Shown: piece after piece, positions 22,683 through 36,358 of the stretch
Numbering within the stretch: position 1 is the first letter of the stretch
Layout of the letters: each line of letters begins with the position of its first letter
Source of the DNA: Protoeuglena noctilucae
Taxonomy: Eukaryota
NCBI GenBank assembly: GCA_958009085.1
Contig: OY253671.1
Location: 992,001 to 1,056,000 of the forward strand
Reading direction: 5' to 3'
DNA: 64,000 nt
The notes under the pieces: generated by a model
What the model was told of the DNA's origin: nothing
What the model saw: only the letters and a program-made list of their open reading frames with translations
Database searches by the model: none
Position numbers and translations under genes: made by a program

Positions 22683-25449
22683 TCAGCCCGTCAGCCCGTG
22701 CTTACTGCGGCCGAGCCAGGCCGCCAGGTCCTCCTGCCGGACCGTGAGCCTCCCGGGGTTGCGGCTGGGACTGTCGGCCGGAAGCCCGAGCTCCTGGAGC
22801 AAGCTCGCGACGACCACTTGCAGCTTGGGCTCGCTCTCCGAGTGCCGCCCCGACCCCGTCACGATCGTGAGACCGCCCCTCGGGTGCCGTCCTGTGTGCC
22901 AGCGGCGCAGCAAGCTCCGCAGCACCAGGAGCACCCCCGCTCGCGCCTCCACGGTGCTGACCCCGTGCAAGTCGATCGTCTCGAGGGATAAGCCAAGCTC
23001 GGCGTGTTCCAGCAGCGGTGGCGCATGGCCCGCCCCTGCCTCCGCCTCCCTCGCGCCGCGCTGGTCCAAGCTCAGCAGAGGGCCCTGTTGCTCGTGCCCC
23101 CCCTCTCCCGCCTCGTCCTCGGCCCCACCCGGCTCCTTTCCCCGCTGCCCTGCACCCATCGCCCTCTCGGCGCACAGGGCCAGCAGCTTTCGGAACTCGT
23201 GGTTGTCGGGAGGGAAGCCAGCACCGCGAAGATCCCGGTACACCTGCAGCGCCTCCTCCACCATCCCGGCCTCCCGGCACACCCTCAGCGCGGAGAGGTA
23301 CAGCTCCCGCGTGTCCCGGACGCCGAGGCGCTGCGGGCACGGGACCACTCACACCACCATCTCATCCTCGTCCTTCCTCGCCACGTCCTGCGTGCTACTC
23401 AATTGGAAGCGGCCCCGTCCAGTCACCTGGGACTCCAAGTAAAGCCCGAAGGCGTCCTGAGCCAGGCCGGGGTGTCCCGTGCAGGCTCGGATGGCCCGAG
23501 AGAAGGCGGTGCCATCCGTCGCGTCAGGCCGCCCGGCGCGCAGGTCGGCAAAGACCCTCAGCGCGCGCCGGGGCATGCCCGCGTCGCCGAAGAGCGTCAT
23601 GAGCGCCGTGGCAATGCGGAGGGTGGGGCGCTGCCGCGGGAGGTCATCCCGCATCATCGCCAGCATCGCGTCCGCCGCCGCGACGTGCGAGGCGCTGGCG
23701 CGGCCCTCGGCTCCCGGATGACACGCGTTGACGGCCAGGCTGTACGTCACGTCGGTGCGGGGCACGCCCGCGGCGCGCATCGCGCGGACCACCTCCATAG
23801 CACGATCGGCACGGTGGCACGCGGCGCAGGCGATGAGCAGCGCATGGAACTGCGGCTGTCTCGGCCGCAACCCGGCCTCCTCCATCTCGCGCCACAGCCC
23901 GAACGCCTTCTCCATTAGGCCTGCCCGGCCCGCGGCCATGACCAGCGCAGCCCACACTGGCGGCCCCAGTGGCGCGCCCCGTGTCTCGGCCCACGCCCGC
24001 ACGCCCAGCGCGGCGCCCACGTCGCCCGCTCGCTCGCAAGCCTTGATCAGGGAGATGTAGAAGGACTCGTCACCCGGGAGACCCCACCGATGGAGCTCGG
24101 CATTGACCCACGCCGCCACCTCCACGCTCACGCAGGCCATGGCTGCCTTGGCCGCCACATTCATGGTCACTTGGTCCGCCTGCAGGGCTGCAGGGCCAGG
24201 TGCGGCCGGTGCAGCCGACGCCACGGGGGCAGCGCTCGAGTCGGCGGGCGCGAACGACACGGGGCACGGCGCGAGTGGCGTGGAGTCGGCCGCCGAAGAG
24301 TCCGCCAACGGCAGGGGCGCCAGGGACCCGAAGTGCTCGCAATAGAGTCCCAGAGCCGTCCGTGGGTCGCCCTTCTCACACATTGCGTTCATGAGGGCGT
24401 TGACAGGTCCGGGGCTTGGCTGGACGCCGCGTGTCTGCGAGGGCGAAGCGCGGGCTCGAGTCGCAGGCAGTAGGACCAGACGCTGCTGTTGTTGCCAAGG
24501 CGGCGGTCTGCACCCTGGCCCTCCCTCCGCTCTCTCGCCTGGCAGACTGACAGGTACTGCATGAGGAGGTCGTTCGCAACGTCCAGGCATCCCCTGTGGC
24601 CGTACATATGCACGACGGCGGTGACCATGGACCGGTCCGGCACGAGGGGCTGTCCCCGCGCGTCACGCTGCGCGTTGAACGAACCCCAGAGGCGCTCCAC
24701 GGCCCGCGCGGCGCCGCGCCGGGCGTGCTCCACGACCGCAGTGCTGTAGGCCGCGGCGCGCTCCTCCACAGGCAGGCGCGTGCACTGGGGCGACACGAAA
24801 AAAAGATGAGACGCCCGGGTGCAAGACGCGCACTCCAGACGCGAGCGCGTGCTGCCAAGCTCACCAGAGTCTCCGCTACATCGACGGTATGCCGACCGAT
24901 GCGAGAGAGGTGCAGGAGCAGCGCTTGGACGTCCATGACTCGCGAGAAGGCCACGCCCCGGGGGGCGAGCACGTCGTGCAGTCGCGCAATCGCCCGCGTT
25001 GCGTCCGGGACGTGGTTCCGTCGGCAACACAGCTTGCGAATGCCGTCCGCGACGCGCCCCGCCAGCGCCAGGGTCGCTGCTTGGGCGTCCGGAGGCAGCG
25101 TCCGGCCCTGAAGGCACCCGTGCTGCTGTGCTGCCGCATCGAGCGCGCCCGCTAGGTCGGTCAGGGCCTGCTCCATGTTGACCTTGACTTCGGCCGGGTC
25201 AGTGAGAGGCAGGCGGACGCGCGTCGACCGCGGGGCGCGCCTGGATGCCCCGCCGGCGGTCCGAACGCCTCCCGCGTGGGAGGCAGCCAAAGGTCGCGGC
25301 TCTGACGCATTCCTGAAGGAAATTCCGCAGAAAAAGAGGTGCTTGGGAACAACAGACGGACGGGCGGTGGCCGGCGCGGTCCTAGCAACGAGCGGCACGG
25401 ACGACCTTCGCGGACCCGCGAAAGCGTGGGTCTGGCAGCGCTGGTTCAT
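22683..25449 (-). CDS. Pentatricopeptide-repeat protein with C-terminal SMR domain, probably organelle-targeted
   Basis: PPR motifs (FYISLIKACERAGDVGAAL, VWAALVMAAGRAGLMEKAFGLWREM, FHALLIACA). SMR motifs IDLHGVSTVEAR and LTIVTGSGRHS. Arg/Ser/Ala-rich N-terminus. Confidence 0.9.
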
Positions 25450-25686
25450 GGCCCATCACTACGCGTAGATGTCAAGCAATTGTTGCGGGAGGGGAGCTCG
25501 CTGAATGAGCCGATGGATTCGCGGCCGGGGCGGGTAGAACCCCTGCGCATGACGCGGCAGAGCATTTCACGGAACGACAAGCGCGATCAGCGGCTGTGAC
25601 GCTGGGGTTAGAAAATCTGCAGTTTGCACAGACACACTGTGCGTGACGCGCAGGTTTTGCAGCGTTGATGTAGCGGGGAGGGGAGC

Positions 25687-25758
25687 ATGAAGGGGCGGGC
25701 GTCCTTCCGCGCAGTGTGGGGGCTCTGCGCATTTTTATCAGTTGGTGAGTGTCTCATG

Positions 25759-25828
<70 letters not shown>

Positions 25829-28800
25829 AAACAAACTTTCCCTGCACGGCACGGGGCAAGAGCGATCGAGGTCTCGTTGCGATTCCCGCGCAGGGACCGC
25901 GGTCCTTTGCACAACGTTGCCGGCGCCTGCGGAGGCCTTCCTGCCGTGGAAATGGCGCCGCATCTTCAGCATCTCGGGGTCTCCTCTCGACACGGTCATT
26001 TTCGCGATCCTCGATGCGGCGGCCCGAGGCGCGGTGCTCTTCCTCGCGCGGGGGAGGCCTGCAGCGCAGGCAGGCCGAGCCTCGGGGCGTGAGGACGCTG
26101 AGGGTGACGACAACAGCACGAAGAAAAAGGGAAACAGACTGCTGTTGGTGAACAGGCGAGAGACGCACAGCCCGCAGCTGTGCAAGAGCGTGTCTGGACA
26201 ATCCCTGCCTAGTTGCGACCTATTGGCGATTGCTCAGGGAGCCTCTGGGAGCCCCGCACTCTCCCTGGCTCGCAGCGTGATCAGCTGGATCACTGGGGCG
26301 CTCTGCTGTCTGAAAGTTATCGCGGTGGCATGCCTGGGCGTCATGTGGCCTGCGCAGGGCCCCGCCAGGTACCCCATGCCGCTTCCCCTCGTGCCCGCGG
26401 TGACCCTGCTCTGCCTCTCCGGCGTCGCCGCGCACGCCACGGCCGCCGCCATCTCCATTCCCAAAGAGGAGGCGCCCGCGCCACCGAGTGACGAGGAGCA
26501 GCCCTTGCTGGGAGAGGAGCGACGGGAGGCGGGGGACTCGGGGCCAGCTGCACCCGCTTCAAGCGCGACGGCCACCATCTCCTCGCTCCTGCGCCTGTCT
26601 GCGCCCGAATCCCCGGTGCTGTCCCTGGGATTCTTCTGCGGCATTCTGGCAGCGACGGGGTCGGCCCTGACTCCTGGGCTCATCGGGAGGATCATCGCCA
26701 CCGCAGCCATCGAACGGGACGTCACGGGGTTCCGTGGGGCCGCGCTGGAGCTCCTGGCCGTGTCCCTGGGCGTCGCCGCCTTCACCGGGGCCCGGGGGTT
26801 CTGCTTCACCTTGGCCATGGCCCGGCTCAACGTCCGTGTCCGCGCGCGTGTCTTCGGGGCCCTGCTGCGCCAGGAGATCGCCTACTTCGACATGACTACC
26901 ACGGGCGACGTCACGTCCAGGCTCACGGCCGACGTGTCCGTGATGGCCGAGGGCGTGGCGGTCAACGCCAACGTGTGCGTGCGCTCGATCGCCACGTCCG
27001 TCATCACCCTCTTCTTCATGTACGCATCCTCTTGGCGCCTGACGGCCCTCACCCTGGTCATGGTGCCGTTCACCCTGCTGGTCAGCAAGGTGTACGGGGA
27101 GTACTACCGGAAGCTCTCTAAGATGACCCAGGACAGGCTGGCAGGAGCCAACGCCGTGGCACAGGTGCGCCAGCGTGGCGGACGCGGGTGGTTCATCAGT
27201 CGAATGCAGTCGCTCAACCACACCCCGTGCCCTCACCTGCCCTCCCAGGAGTGCCTGCCTCTTGCCATGACCACCACATCCCATGGCCCTCTTCCGCCCT
27301 CCCAGGAGTGCCTGTCCACCATGACGACCGTCCGCTCCTTCGCCGCCGAGCGCTTCGCCGAGTCCGACTACGCCGACCGCCTTGCCCAGTACTTCAGCAT
27401 CCAGTTCCGCGAAGCCGTGGCCTACTCAGTCTACGCCGCCTCCTCCTTCGTGCTCCTGCCGTCCCTCGTCACCGTCGCCACCCTCTCCTTCGGGGCGTGG
27501 CTCGTCCTCCATGGCCACTTCAGTGCAACGAAACTCTTCAGCTTCATGCTCTACCAGCAGAGCCTCTCGGGGTCCTTCCAGCTCATCGGAGACGTCTTCT
27601 CGGGGCTCACGGGCGCCGTCGGGGCGGCCGAGAAGGTCTTCGAAATCATCCACCGGGAGCCCAAGGTACCGCCCCCGGGGGACCTCAAGCCCGACCAGTT
27701 CAAAGGTGGTTGAAGGGGGGGGGGTGCGGGTGCAAGTGGATTGGAACAGCGCTTTGGCCGACGAACCCTCGTCTTCCCACCCTATGACTGTCGCCCACCA
27801 TCCCGTCATACAGCGCGTCCCTCCACTTCCCTCCGCCCTCACGCCAACTCCGCCACCTCTCCCCAGGCTCCCTGGCACTCGCGGACGTCACGCTGCGGTA
27901 CCCCGCGCGGCCCGAGGTGCTCGTGCTGAAGGGCCTGTCCTTGCACGTCGAGGCTGGCGAGGTCCTGGCGCTGGTCGGCCCCAGCGGAGGTGGCAAGAGC
28001 TCCGTGGTCAAGCTCATTCAGCGTTTCTATATTCCCGAGTCGGGCCGCGTGCTCGTGGACGGGCGCGACGTGGGGTCCTACGACCCAGAATGGCTCAGGT
28101 GCGGTCGCGGGGCCGACTGACGCGGCGCGACTCTAACCCATCATCGCGACCGTAACCCATGACTTGCCGTCGCCGTTGCCGGCCACTGCGCCTGTCGATT
28201 GATCGACGGGTCCTCTGTGTCGCACGCAGGCGGCACGTGTCGATGGTGGGGCAGGAGCCCGTGCTGTACGCGAGGTCCATCATGGACAACATCCGGTACG
28301 GCCTGGCAGAGGGTGACGAGGGGTTCCCATCGGACGAGGATGTGTTCAAGGTGAACATGCAGGTCGATGTCTGTACGCGTCTTCATCGATCCATTGATGA
28401 CGGGGCGTGCGGGTCGAGCGATAGCAGTTCCCAGCTTGCGAGGCTGTGTTGGGGCCCTTTGGGCGCAGGCGGCGCTCGCTGCCAACGCGCACGACTTCAT
28501 CTCGGCGTTGCCGGACGGCTACGAGACCCAGTGCGGCGACAAGGGCGTGCAGCTGTCAGGGGGGCAGAAGCAGCGCATTGCCATCGCCCGGGCCCTGGTG
28601 CGGCGCCCGACGGTGCTGCTGTTGGACGAGGCGACGTCTGCGCTCGACACCGACAGCGAGGCCGTGGTGCAGGAGGCTTTGGACGCCCTGGTGAGGCCTG
28701 CTTTGCAGTGTTAGGAGCCTGGACTGACCGTGGGATGCCATGGGCAGAGGCCCTTTGATGGTGTCACATAGCCGCGTGCCATCGGTTGCTGAGGCATGCA

Positions 28801-29306
28801 GGGATGCCATCGGCCCCCGCACCTGTGGCGAGTTGCTGCCGCCTTTGCTGCAGATGCACGAGCGTGGCCACACGGTGCTGGTGATCGCGCACCGGTTGAG
28901 CACGGTGCAAGACGCGGACCGCATCGTGGTGATCGGGGACGGGCGGGTGGTCGAGTCGGGGACGCACGACGTGCTCGTGCATAGGGGAGGCGTGTATGCC
29001 AAGCTCGTGCGCAAGCAGCTGGCCAAGGCGTCGACGAGTGCGGCGTCGCTCGTCGATGCGGCGGGGTCGAGGGGCGGCGAGGACGGGATGGGAGGGCTGA
29101 ACGGGGCAGGCCCCGCGGGGAGCTCTGATGCTGAGTCGAGGGGCGGCGAGGAGGGTGTGGGGCGGCCCGACGGCGGTCTCCAGGGGAGCAGGGCTGAAGA
29201 CGCAGCTGAGGTCACCGCAGAGGCGCCAACCTCTCTGGCGCCCGCGGAGGAGAATGGCCGTGGTGGGAGGAAGGGGAAGGGCAAGGGCAGGAGGAAGGGA
29301 GGGTAG
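25687..29306 (+). CDS. ABCB-family half transporter (TAP/ABCB9-like)
   Basis: TMD ([10 protein letters not shown]...[10 protein letters not shown]), Walker [10 protein letters not shown]-loop VGQEPVLY, signature LSGGQKQR, Walker [13 protein letters not shown]-loop IAHRLSTV. First exon [19 protein letters not shown], intron 25745-25893. Confidence 0.93.
25760..25827 (+). repeat. (TG)n microsatellite, ~34 units, in intron 1 of the ABC gene
   Basis: Perfect tgtg run between the gtgagt donor (25745) and the cag acceptor (25893). Confidence 0.98.
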
Positions 29307-29426
29307 TGTGCAGCACAGCAGGGTGTGCTTCAAGGCTAGTAAGGCTGAGGCCTGGTTCTCATTAGATAGCGCTCGAGTACGTGGTGATGAACTAGGAGCG
29401 AGTTCTGTCAATCCCGGGGGCCCGTC

Positions 29427-32400
29427 ATGCCTCCCAAGGGCGGCGGCGGGGCCGAGCGGCGCGGCAATGGCGGGGCAGATTTCAGGCTCGCCGCCAGCGC
29501 GCGTAAGGAGGGGATGCTGAGCGGGAAGACGAAGAAGGAGTACCTGAAATGGAAGCGCGCTCAGAAGCGGGAGAAGGTGGACCAATCCGAGGATGACGGG
29601 CCCCACCCGCGAGACGAGGGCGTGCGGGACGACGGGCGAGGGGCGAGGGGACCGGACATCGAGGAACGCTTCAAAGAGCTGTTAAGCACCAATTGTGAGG
29701 GTCGCTGCGGCCGCTAGGCAAGCGGATTCGCCTCTGCAAACGCCCCACTTCACGGTTGTTACGGGGCGTTCCGGAGTCGGCCGCTTGGGCGCGACGCGAC
29801 GCCGCAGCGACCGCGATGAAGCATGCGGAGATGCAACCGCAGCTCATGCGCCGCCTCTCACGCTCGGACGCCCCCGCAGCCAAGCACAAGACGCTGGTCA
29901 CGACGCTGGACGGGGAGGGTCAGCGCAGGGTCCGCGGATGGCCCCCTGAGGCCCTGGCGCCCCTCTCTTACGAGCCCTTGAACACCGTCGGGGAAGGCGC
30001 GCGCGCGTGCAGCCTGCCCAGGCTGCGGCGCTCTGACGTGGGCTTCACGCCCGAGGGCCTCCGCCTGGGCATGCCCGAGGTGAGCAGAGGAGCTGTCATC
30101 AGTCGTCGATGATGGAGTCAGGAGGTGTTTCGGTTGAGGCTGCCTGGCCTGGACAATGTGCGATGTTCTGCCCAGCGCAACTGTCCGCTCCCTGTGTCCC
30201 ACCCTTTCCCACGAATGGAGTGGCCATGCACCCGCCCCGTCCCACCCTCAGCGCCCCGACTGGCGGGGCAAGGACTGGTCGGCGGACGAGCTGCAGTCGC
30301 GGGAAGAGTCCGATTTCCTGCGCTGGGTGGGGCGACTGGAGGCGTACGGGTCGGGGCGCGTGTCGCATTTCGAGGGCAACCTGGAGTACTGGCGGCAGCT
30401 CTGGCGTGTCACGGAGCGCAGCCAGGTCGTGCTGATGCTCGTGGACGCCAGGTGCCCCCTCCTGCACTTCCCAGCCGCCCTGTATGCCAAAGTGGAGAGG
30501 GAGGGCAAGGCGGCGATCCTGCTCATGAACAAGGCCGACCTGGTGCCGTTGGCCGCCCTGGAGGCATGGCGGGAGTGGTTCGGGAGGCACTTTCCCAGCC
30601 TCGCCGTCGTCTGGGCCCAGGCGGGGGGTTTCTACCGCACGGCAGGACCCCTCGTGACGGGGGCGCGGGAGGCGGGGGCCGCCCCGCGAGGCCCGGCCCG
30701 AGGGAGGATCCGGCAGGTGTGACATTGGTGCTTTCGGAGCACGCAGTAGGACATGCGCTGGCTAGTTGCCTGTCCTCATTGACTCGCAGTCATGGACACA
30801 GCCCACCAAGTGCTGCCCATAGCCGCAACCCCTCCCTCTTTGACGTCTGTCCCCGCAGAAGGAGGAGCAGGCTGCGATGGCGCGGGAGGCGGCGCGGCGT
30901 GTGCTGGATGCGCTCCTGTCCCTCAGAGTCGCGGGCGGGGAGGGGCCGAGCGACTTGCGCGTCAGGGACGTGGTGGGTATGACGGCGGACGAGGTCATCG
31001 CGGCGTCCCAGGCTCGCAACCGGCCGGATAAATCTCACGCGGAGAAGCTGAGGCTCAAGGCGGAGGCCAAGAGGGTGCAGGCGAGGGGTGGTCGGGGTTT
31101 ACTCCGTCGCAAGTGTCGGTGTCGAGGTGGGATGTGAGCATGCACGGAGAGACAAAGGAATCATGTGAAGGTACTTTTTACTTGGTTGCAGGCGCGCATG
31201 CGTGAGTCGTATCACAGTGTGGCGGCCAAGCGTGCGGCGGCGATGGCGAGGGTCGACGTCGGGCTGGACGGCGAGGCTGGGGTGGCGGAGGCGGGGCGGC
31301 ATTTTGGGTGGGAGGACGACTGGGACATAAGAGGGAACAAGGCCAAGAAAAAGGCAGTGCTGAAGCACAAGGTGAGAGGGTCACTGCTTGGGTCTCCTGA
31401 TGCTGCCCGTCGATGCAGTGGTTGTCGGGCAGGGCGATTCGAGGGACCGTCGTTTGTTCGCAGAGGAGGGCGCGGATGCACGGGGAGGGGCACGGCCGGG
31501 CGCATGGTCAGGGGAGCGATGGGAGCGAGGGGGAGAGCTCCGACGGGGCGGGGAAGCACGGGCATGCGCACGCCGGGAGAAGCAGAGGGCGGGGCAATGA
31601 GCAGGAATCTGGGGGCGACCGGGATGGGCGGGAGGGAGGAACGAGGCGGCGAGGCGGGGGTGCGGACGATGGGACGAGCGACGACGGGGGTCGCAGCAGC
31701 CACGGTGGCGGCGAAGGTGGCGGGGGAGCGGAGGGTGCGGGGGAGGGCAGCGACTTTTGGAGCGAAGGGGGCTCTGAGGACGGATCGGGGTCGGAGGCGC
31801 TGGGTCAGGTGGACGAGGAGGCGGAGCGTGACTTTGAACGCCTGGGCGACGGGGCAGAGGGTCGCGGGAGCAGGAGCGGGGGCGCGGGGCGGGGCGACGG
31901 CGAGTGGCGTGGTCCCGTGGTGGTGGCGGTCGTGGGGGAGCCCAACGTCGGGAAGTCGTCGACGATCAATGCCCTGCTTGGGGCGCACCGGGTTGCGGTG
32001 TCCTCGCACCCTGGGAAGACCAAGCACTACCAGACGCACTACATGACGCCGACGCTGATGCTCTGCGACTGCCCGGGCGTCGTCTTCCCGAAGCTCGACG
32101 TGCCGCTCCCCATCCAGGTCGTCTTCGGCTGCTACCGCATCGCCAGCGTCCGCGACCCCGTCTCCGTCGCCAAGTACCTCGCGGAGCGTCACAGCCCGAG
32201 GATCCACGAGGTGCTGCGACTGTCGAAGGCCGTGGAGGACTCCTCGCTCGCCAGGCACCTGCCGGACGGGGAGTGGAGCGCGGCGGAGGTTTGCGAGGCC
32301 GTGGGGGCGCGGTTTGGGTGGAGGAATCGGCGTGGCGGGGTGCTGGACGCGCACCGCGCGGCGAACTGGCTGCTGCGGGCAGCACTCGCCGGGCGGTCGG

Positions 32401-32435
32401 AAGTGTCCCTTGCGTTCCTGCCGCCCCCGGATTGA
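29427..32435 (+). CDS. GNL1: Circularly permuted GTPase of the GNL1/HSR1/LSG1 family
   Basis: FEGNLEYWRQLWRV, VDARCPL, G4 NKADL located before G1 GEPNVGKSS, G2 PGKT, G3 DCPG. C-terminal HRAANWLLR. Confidence 0.88.
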
Positions 32436-32644
32436 GGCCGCACGCAGCGGCACCTGGTCGTTTCGAAAACTGATGAATGAAAGACTTGTCTGCGCGCGTG
32501 GAACACGGTTGGGACGATCCGCTTAGGTCTGATTGCTCTGGCATGTGGGCCGCGCCTGAAATGCCGTGTTCAGTGGCAGTGGCGAAGGGAAGAGCGTACC
32601 TGTACGCGTGTGCCTGGTCATTTAATCGACTTGCGCCATTCAGA

Positions 32645-34126
32645 ATGGCAAGCCCGTCCACCGACTTGGCCGTGAGCGTGACGGTGACTTCAGACCCCGG
32701 CACCGTCTTTCTTGAATCGGCGATTGCCAAGATCGCTAAGCACTACATTTCATCCAGTTCATTGCTGCTGAATAAGTGCATCCGTCGCGTCTGGAGTGCA
32801 GGACATCGTCGACGCACACGAGCGCATCAAATCTCATGTCGTCTGCACCCCCGTTCTTTCCTGCGACGCCCTGGACGATCTCGCGGGCGTGAAACTCGCC
32901 TTCAAGGCAGAGGTGCTGCAACGGAGCGGCGCATTCAAGATCCGGGGCGCGCTCAATGCGCTGGCGTGCATGACGGATACCGAGAGGAAGCACGGAGTCG
33001 TGGCGCATTCTTCCGGCAATCATGGAGCGGCGGTCGCGTTTGCAGCCCGACTGCATGGCGTCGAAGCGCGCGTAGGTGGGCACTACTTGCAGGGCCCAAT
33101 GAGGAAGTGAGTGTTTCTGGACGGCCCGCAGGGGACCTGATGGGAGCAGCCATGGCGGCACTCTGCCCGCAGTCATGCCCCGGGGCGCGCCGCAGTGCAA
33201 GAGGGAGGCCGTGACGAAGGCCGGGGCCACCCTGATCGAGTGCGAGCCGACGCTCGCGGCGCGCCAAGGGACGTGCGATGCCATCGTGAAGGAGACTGGC
33301 GCAGTCTTCATCCCCCCTTACAACCACCCGTGGGTGATTGCGGGGCAGGGGACGATCGCGCTCGAGGTGCTGAGCCAGGTCCAGGACGCCGGCGCGATCG
33401 TCGTGCCCGTATCGGGCGGCGGCATGCTGTCGGGCATCGTGGTGGCTGCCAAGGCACTCAATCCCGGCGTCCGTGTCATCGCCGCGGAGGTCAGCGGCAC
33501 GAACGACGCCGCCGACGTCGCCAAGAGCTTCAGAGCGGGGCAATTCGTCCCGTGCGACAAGCCCGACGTGCGTGGTGGGCCAGGGCGGGCGGGGGCGTGA
33601 CCCCTGCGCATTCTCATGTTGTGCGGTGGGCCTGCGAGTCACAGCGGCTTCTTACATATCCGCAGACGATCGCGGACGGTCTGCAGGCCCAGCTGGGGTC
33701 CCTGACGTGGCCCATCGTGCAGCGGCTGGTGGACGACGTGGTGGTGGTGTCCGAGGAGGAAATCCTCGAGGCCATGCGGCTGATCGTGCGGCACCTCAAG
33801 GTCAGGCACAGGCGCAGAGTGCACCCAGCAGCAGCGCGGGGTGTCTGCAGGTCGTCATCGTCACCGTCGCTGCTGTGCGGCTGCAAAGGCCCGAGAGACT
33901 TGCAGCGCCGAGGGTCGTGCTAGTCAATGTGCCAGTGATATGCCCTGCCTGCCTGCAGGTCGTGGTGGAGCCAAGCGGGGCGGTCGGTCTGGCTGCCGTG
34001 CTGGGGCAGGACGGCAGGCGGGCGCTGCAGGGCGTGCAGGGGATGTGCGTGGTGGTGCTGTGCGGGGGCAACGTGGACCTGGCCGACTTGGGGAAGGTGC
34101 TGCAGGGGTTGCACCCACGGCAGTGA
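32645..34126 (+). CDS. SRR: Serine racemase (PLP fold-type II)
   Basis: FKAEVLQRSGAFKIRGA (PLP lysine), HSSGNHG, IAGQGT, VSGGGML, TIADGL, VVEPSGA, LCGGNVD. Confidence 0.88.
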
Positions 34127-34274
34127 CGATGCAGAGCGTAAGCATCTGTTGAGAGCAGCGAGAACAGGGCAGGGCAGGGTTTGATGTGCATGTCAGGGTT
34201 CGGTAGCAACAGGACGAATAGTATCAGACACAGAGATGGGTAGGAACACCGAGTGCGCATGCCTAGGACATTCG

Positions 34275-36358
34275 TCACTTCTTGACGGCGTGGTCGGCAC
34301 CCACAGCCTCCTGCAGGCTCAAGAAGCCGTCCTTTCGCAGGCACTCTAACATCTGCCGCTTGATCTTGCGCACCAAGATTGGACCCTCGTACGCAAACAT
34401 TGTGTAGACCTGCAGGCGGAAACAAGTGTTGCCGTCATGTCAGGTGGAACCAACAGTCGCGTCACCATGCGCCGTCGCTCCGCCGCTGCTCCGCTCACCT
34501 CCACGAGCGATGCCCCGGCGCGAATCTTCTTGTAAGCGTCGTAGCCGTCCGCGATGCCCCCCACCCCGATGATGGGCACCTTGCCGTCCGTCAGGCGATA
34601 CATGTTGGCCAACAGCTGCGTGGACATGCCAAAGAGCGGCCGGCCTGCAGACCAAGTCAGGCAGATCACGTGTGAGGTGGGCACTCCGGCCGCTGCGCAA
34701 ACCAGCATATCAACACCAAGACCAATTCCTTGCTGTTAAGGCACTCGCCCGACAGTCCCCCCGCCTCCTGGGCCGCCGGGTGGCTGCGTATCGACTCAGG
34801 CCTCGTCACGGTGGTGTTGGACACGACCAGGCCATCCACGGACGCACGGGACACCACCGCGGCGATGTCCTCCTGGTCCTCGCGGCTCAGGTCCGGGGCG
34901 ATCTTCACCAGCAGCGGCGGCGGGCCCTGCTCGCCCCACGCCATCGCGTCACGTGCCGCACGGACCCTCCGCACCAGCCCCTCCAGCTCCTTCCGCCCCT
35001 GCGCAGCGCATTGGAGATACCACCTGGGCAATGTCGAACATTGGCTAATGTGCCAGCCACCGGCCACACTGCACGCATGCCCTGCAGCTGACGAGGCCCG
35101 CACCTGCAGCGACCTCAGCCCCGGGGTGTTGGGGCTCGATATGTTGACCACGATGGCGTCTGCGAGGCCTCCGAGACGCTGCACTCCCACGCAGTAGTCA
35201 GCCACCGCGTCCTCCGCCGTCTTGTTCTTCCCAATGTTGACCGCCACCAGCCCCGCCGACCGCACCTTCCCCGCCACCTGTTCCGATCGGAAGCGGGACA
35301 GCGACGCCACTGCGTAGTCCGCGCCGCGGCTGTTGAACCCGTACCGGTTGATCACCGCGCCGTGTTCCTGCAGTTGGGCGAGGGAAGTACGCTGCATCCA
35401 CCCAGGTTCAAACCTCGTCAGTCCCCCCGTGAGCCCAGGATCAGCGCAACAAGCAGGGTGGGCTCAGGCGGCGCGAGTGGGCGCGGAAGGGAATGCGACA
35501 GTGCTTGAGAGGGCTGCCTTGCCTTCAACCGAAACATCCGCGGTCGGTCGTTGCCGGGCTGCGGCAGGGGCGTGACCGTGCCGACCTCCACGAATCCGAA
35601 ACCCATCTCGAGGAGCGCGCGGGGACACTCGGCGTCTTTGTCCAACCCTGCCGCCATGCCCACGGGGTTGGGGAACGTCCGGCCCCACAGCTTCTGCGGG
35701 CAGGGGTGGGCGGCCGCAGCCCAGTCGCGCCGGTGCCAGCGGCACCCCGCCCTCACATCCAGGGTGCGCAGGAATGCAGGTGGCACTCGGTGGGTCAATC
35801 TGAGTCCCAGCGCGCAGCAGCGACGCACCACGGCCAGCTCCTTGGCATCGGGCTCCGTCTCGCGCGGCGCCAGCCCGTGCGCGAGGGACCAAACAGCCAG
35901 CGAGTGAGCGGTCTCGGCGTCGATGAGCTGGAAAACCGACGAGATGGCGGAAAAAAGCTGGAACTTGAGCTGCGGGCAAAACGCGACACACGGCTGCAAG
36001 GACGCCGCGATGGCACGATGCGCGGGGTTTTGCGCAATATGCACAAAGAAGTGCCCGATGCTAGGTCCGACGCTTGCCTCAGTAGTGCGGTCTCGCTCCG
36101 TGGTCGCCCATACCAGACCGGCGGTCCCCGCCCCTCCGACGAGGCTGTACCTCAGCAGCCTGCCCTGCGCGATGAGATCGGAGGCGACCAATCGCAAGGC
36201 ACTTGGCCAGCAGGGCATCTCCGGAGACGCCAGGACTCTGCACAACCCCCGCGCAGAGTCGCCAAAGCTCTCAGCCCACCACGTGTCCCAGCGGGCCGCG
36301 TGGGGCTGGGCAGTGGAACATTTATCATCTTGTGCCTCACCAGCCGTTGCAGTGACAT
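34275..36358 (-). CDS. DHODH: Dihydroorotate dehydrogenase (quinone, class 2, mitochondrial)
   Basis: [74 protein letters not shown]. Ends [10 protein letters not shown]. Confidence 0.95.

Noticed and set aside
25687..26201. ORFs with poly-(CV) or poly-(HT) tracts
   Set aside because: They are translations of an intronic (TG)n microsatellite.
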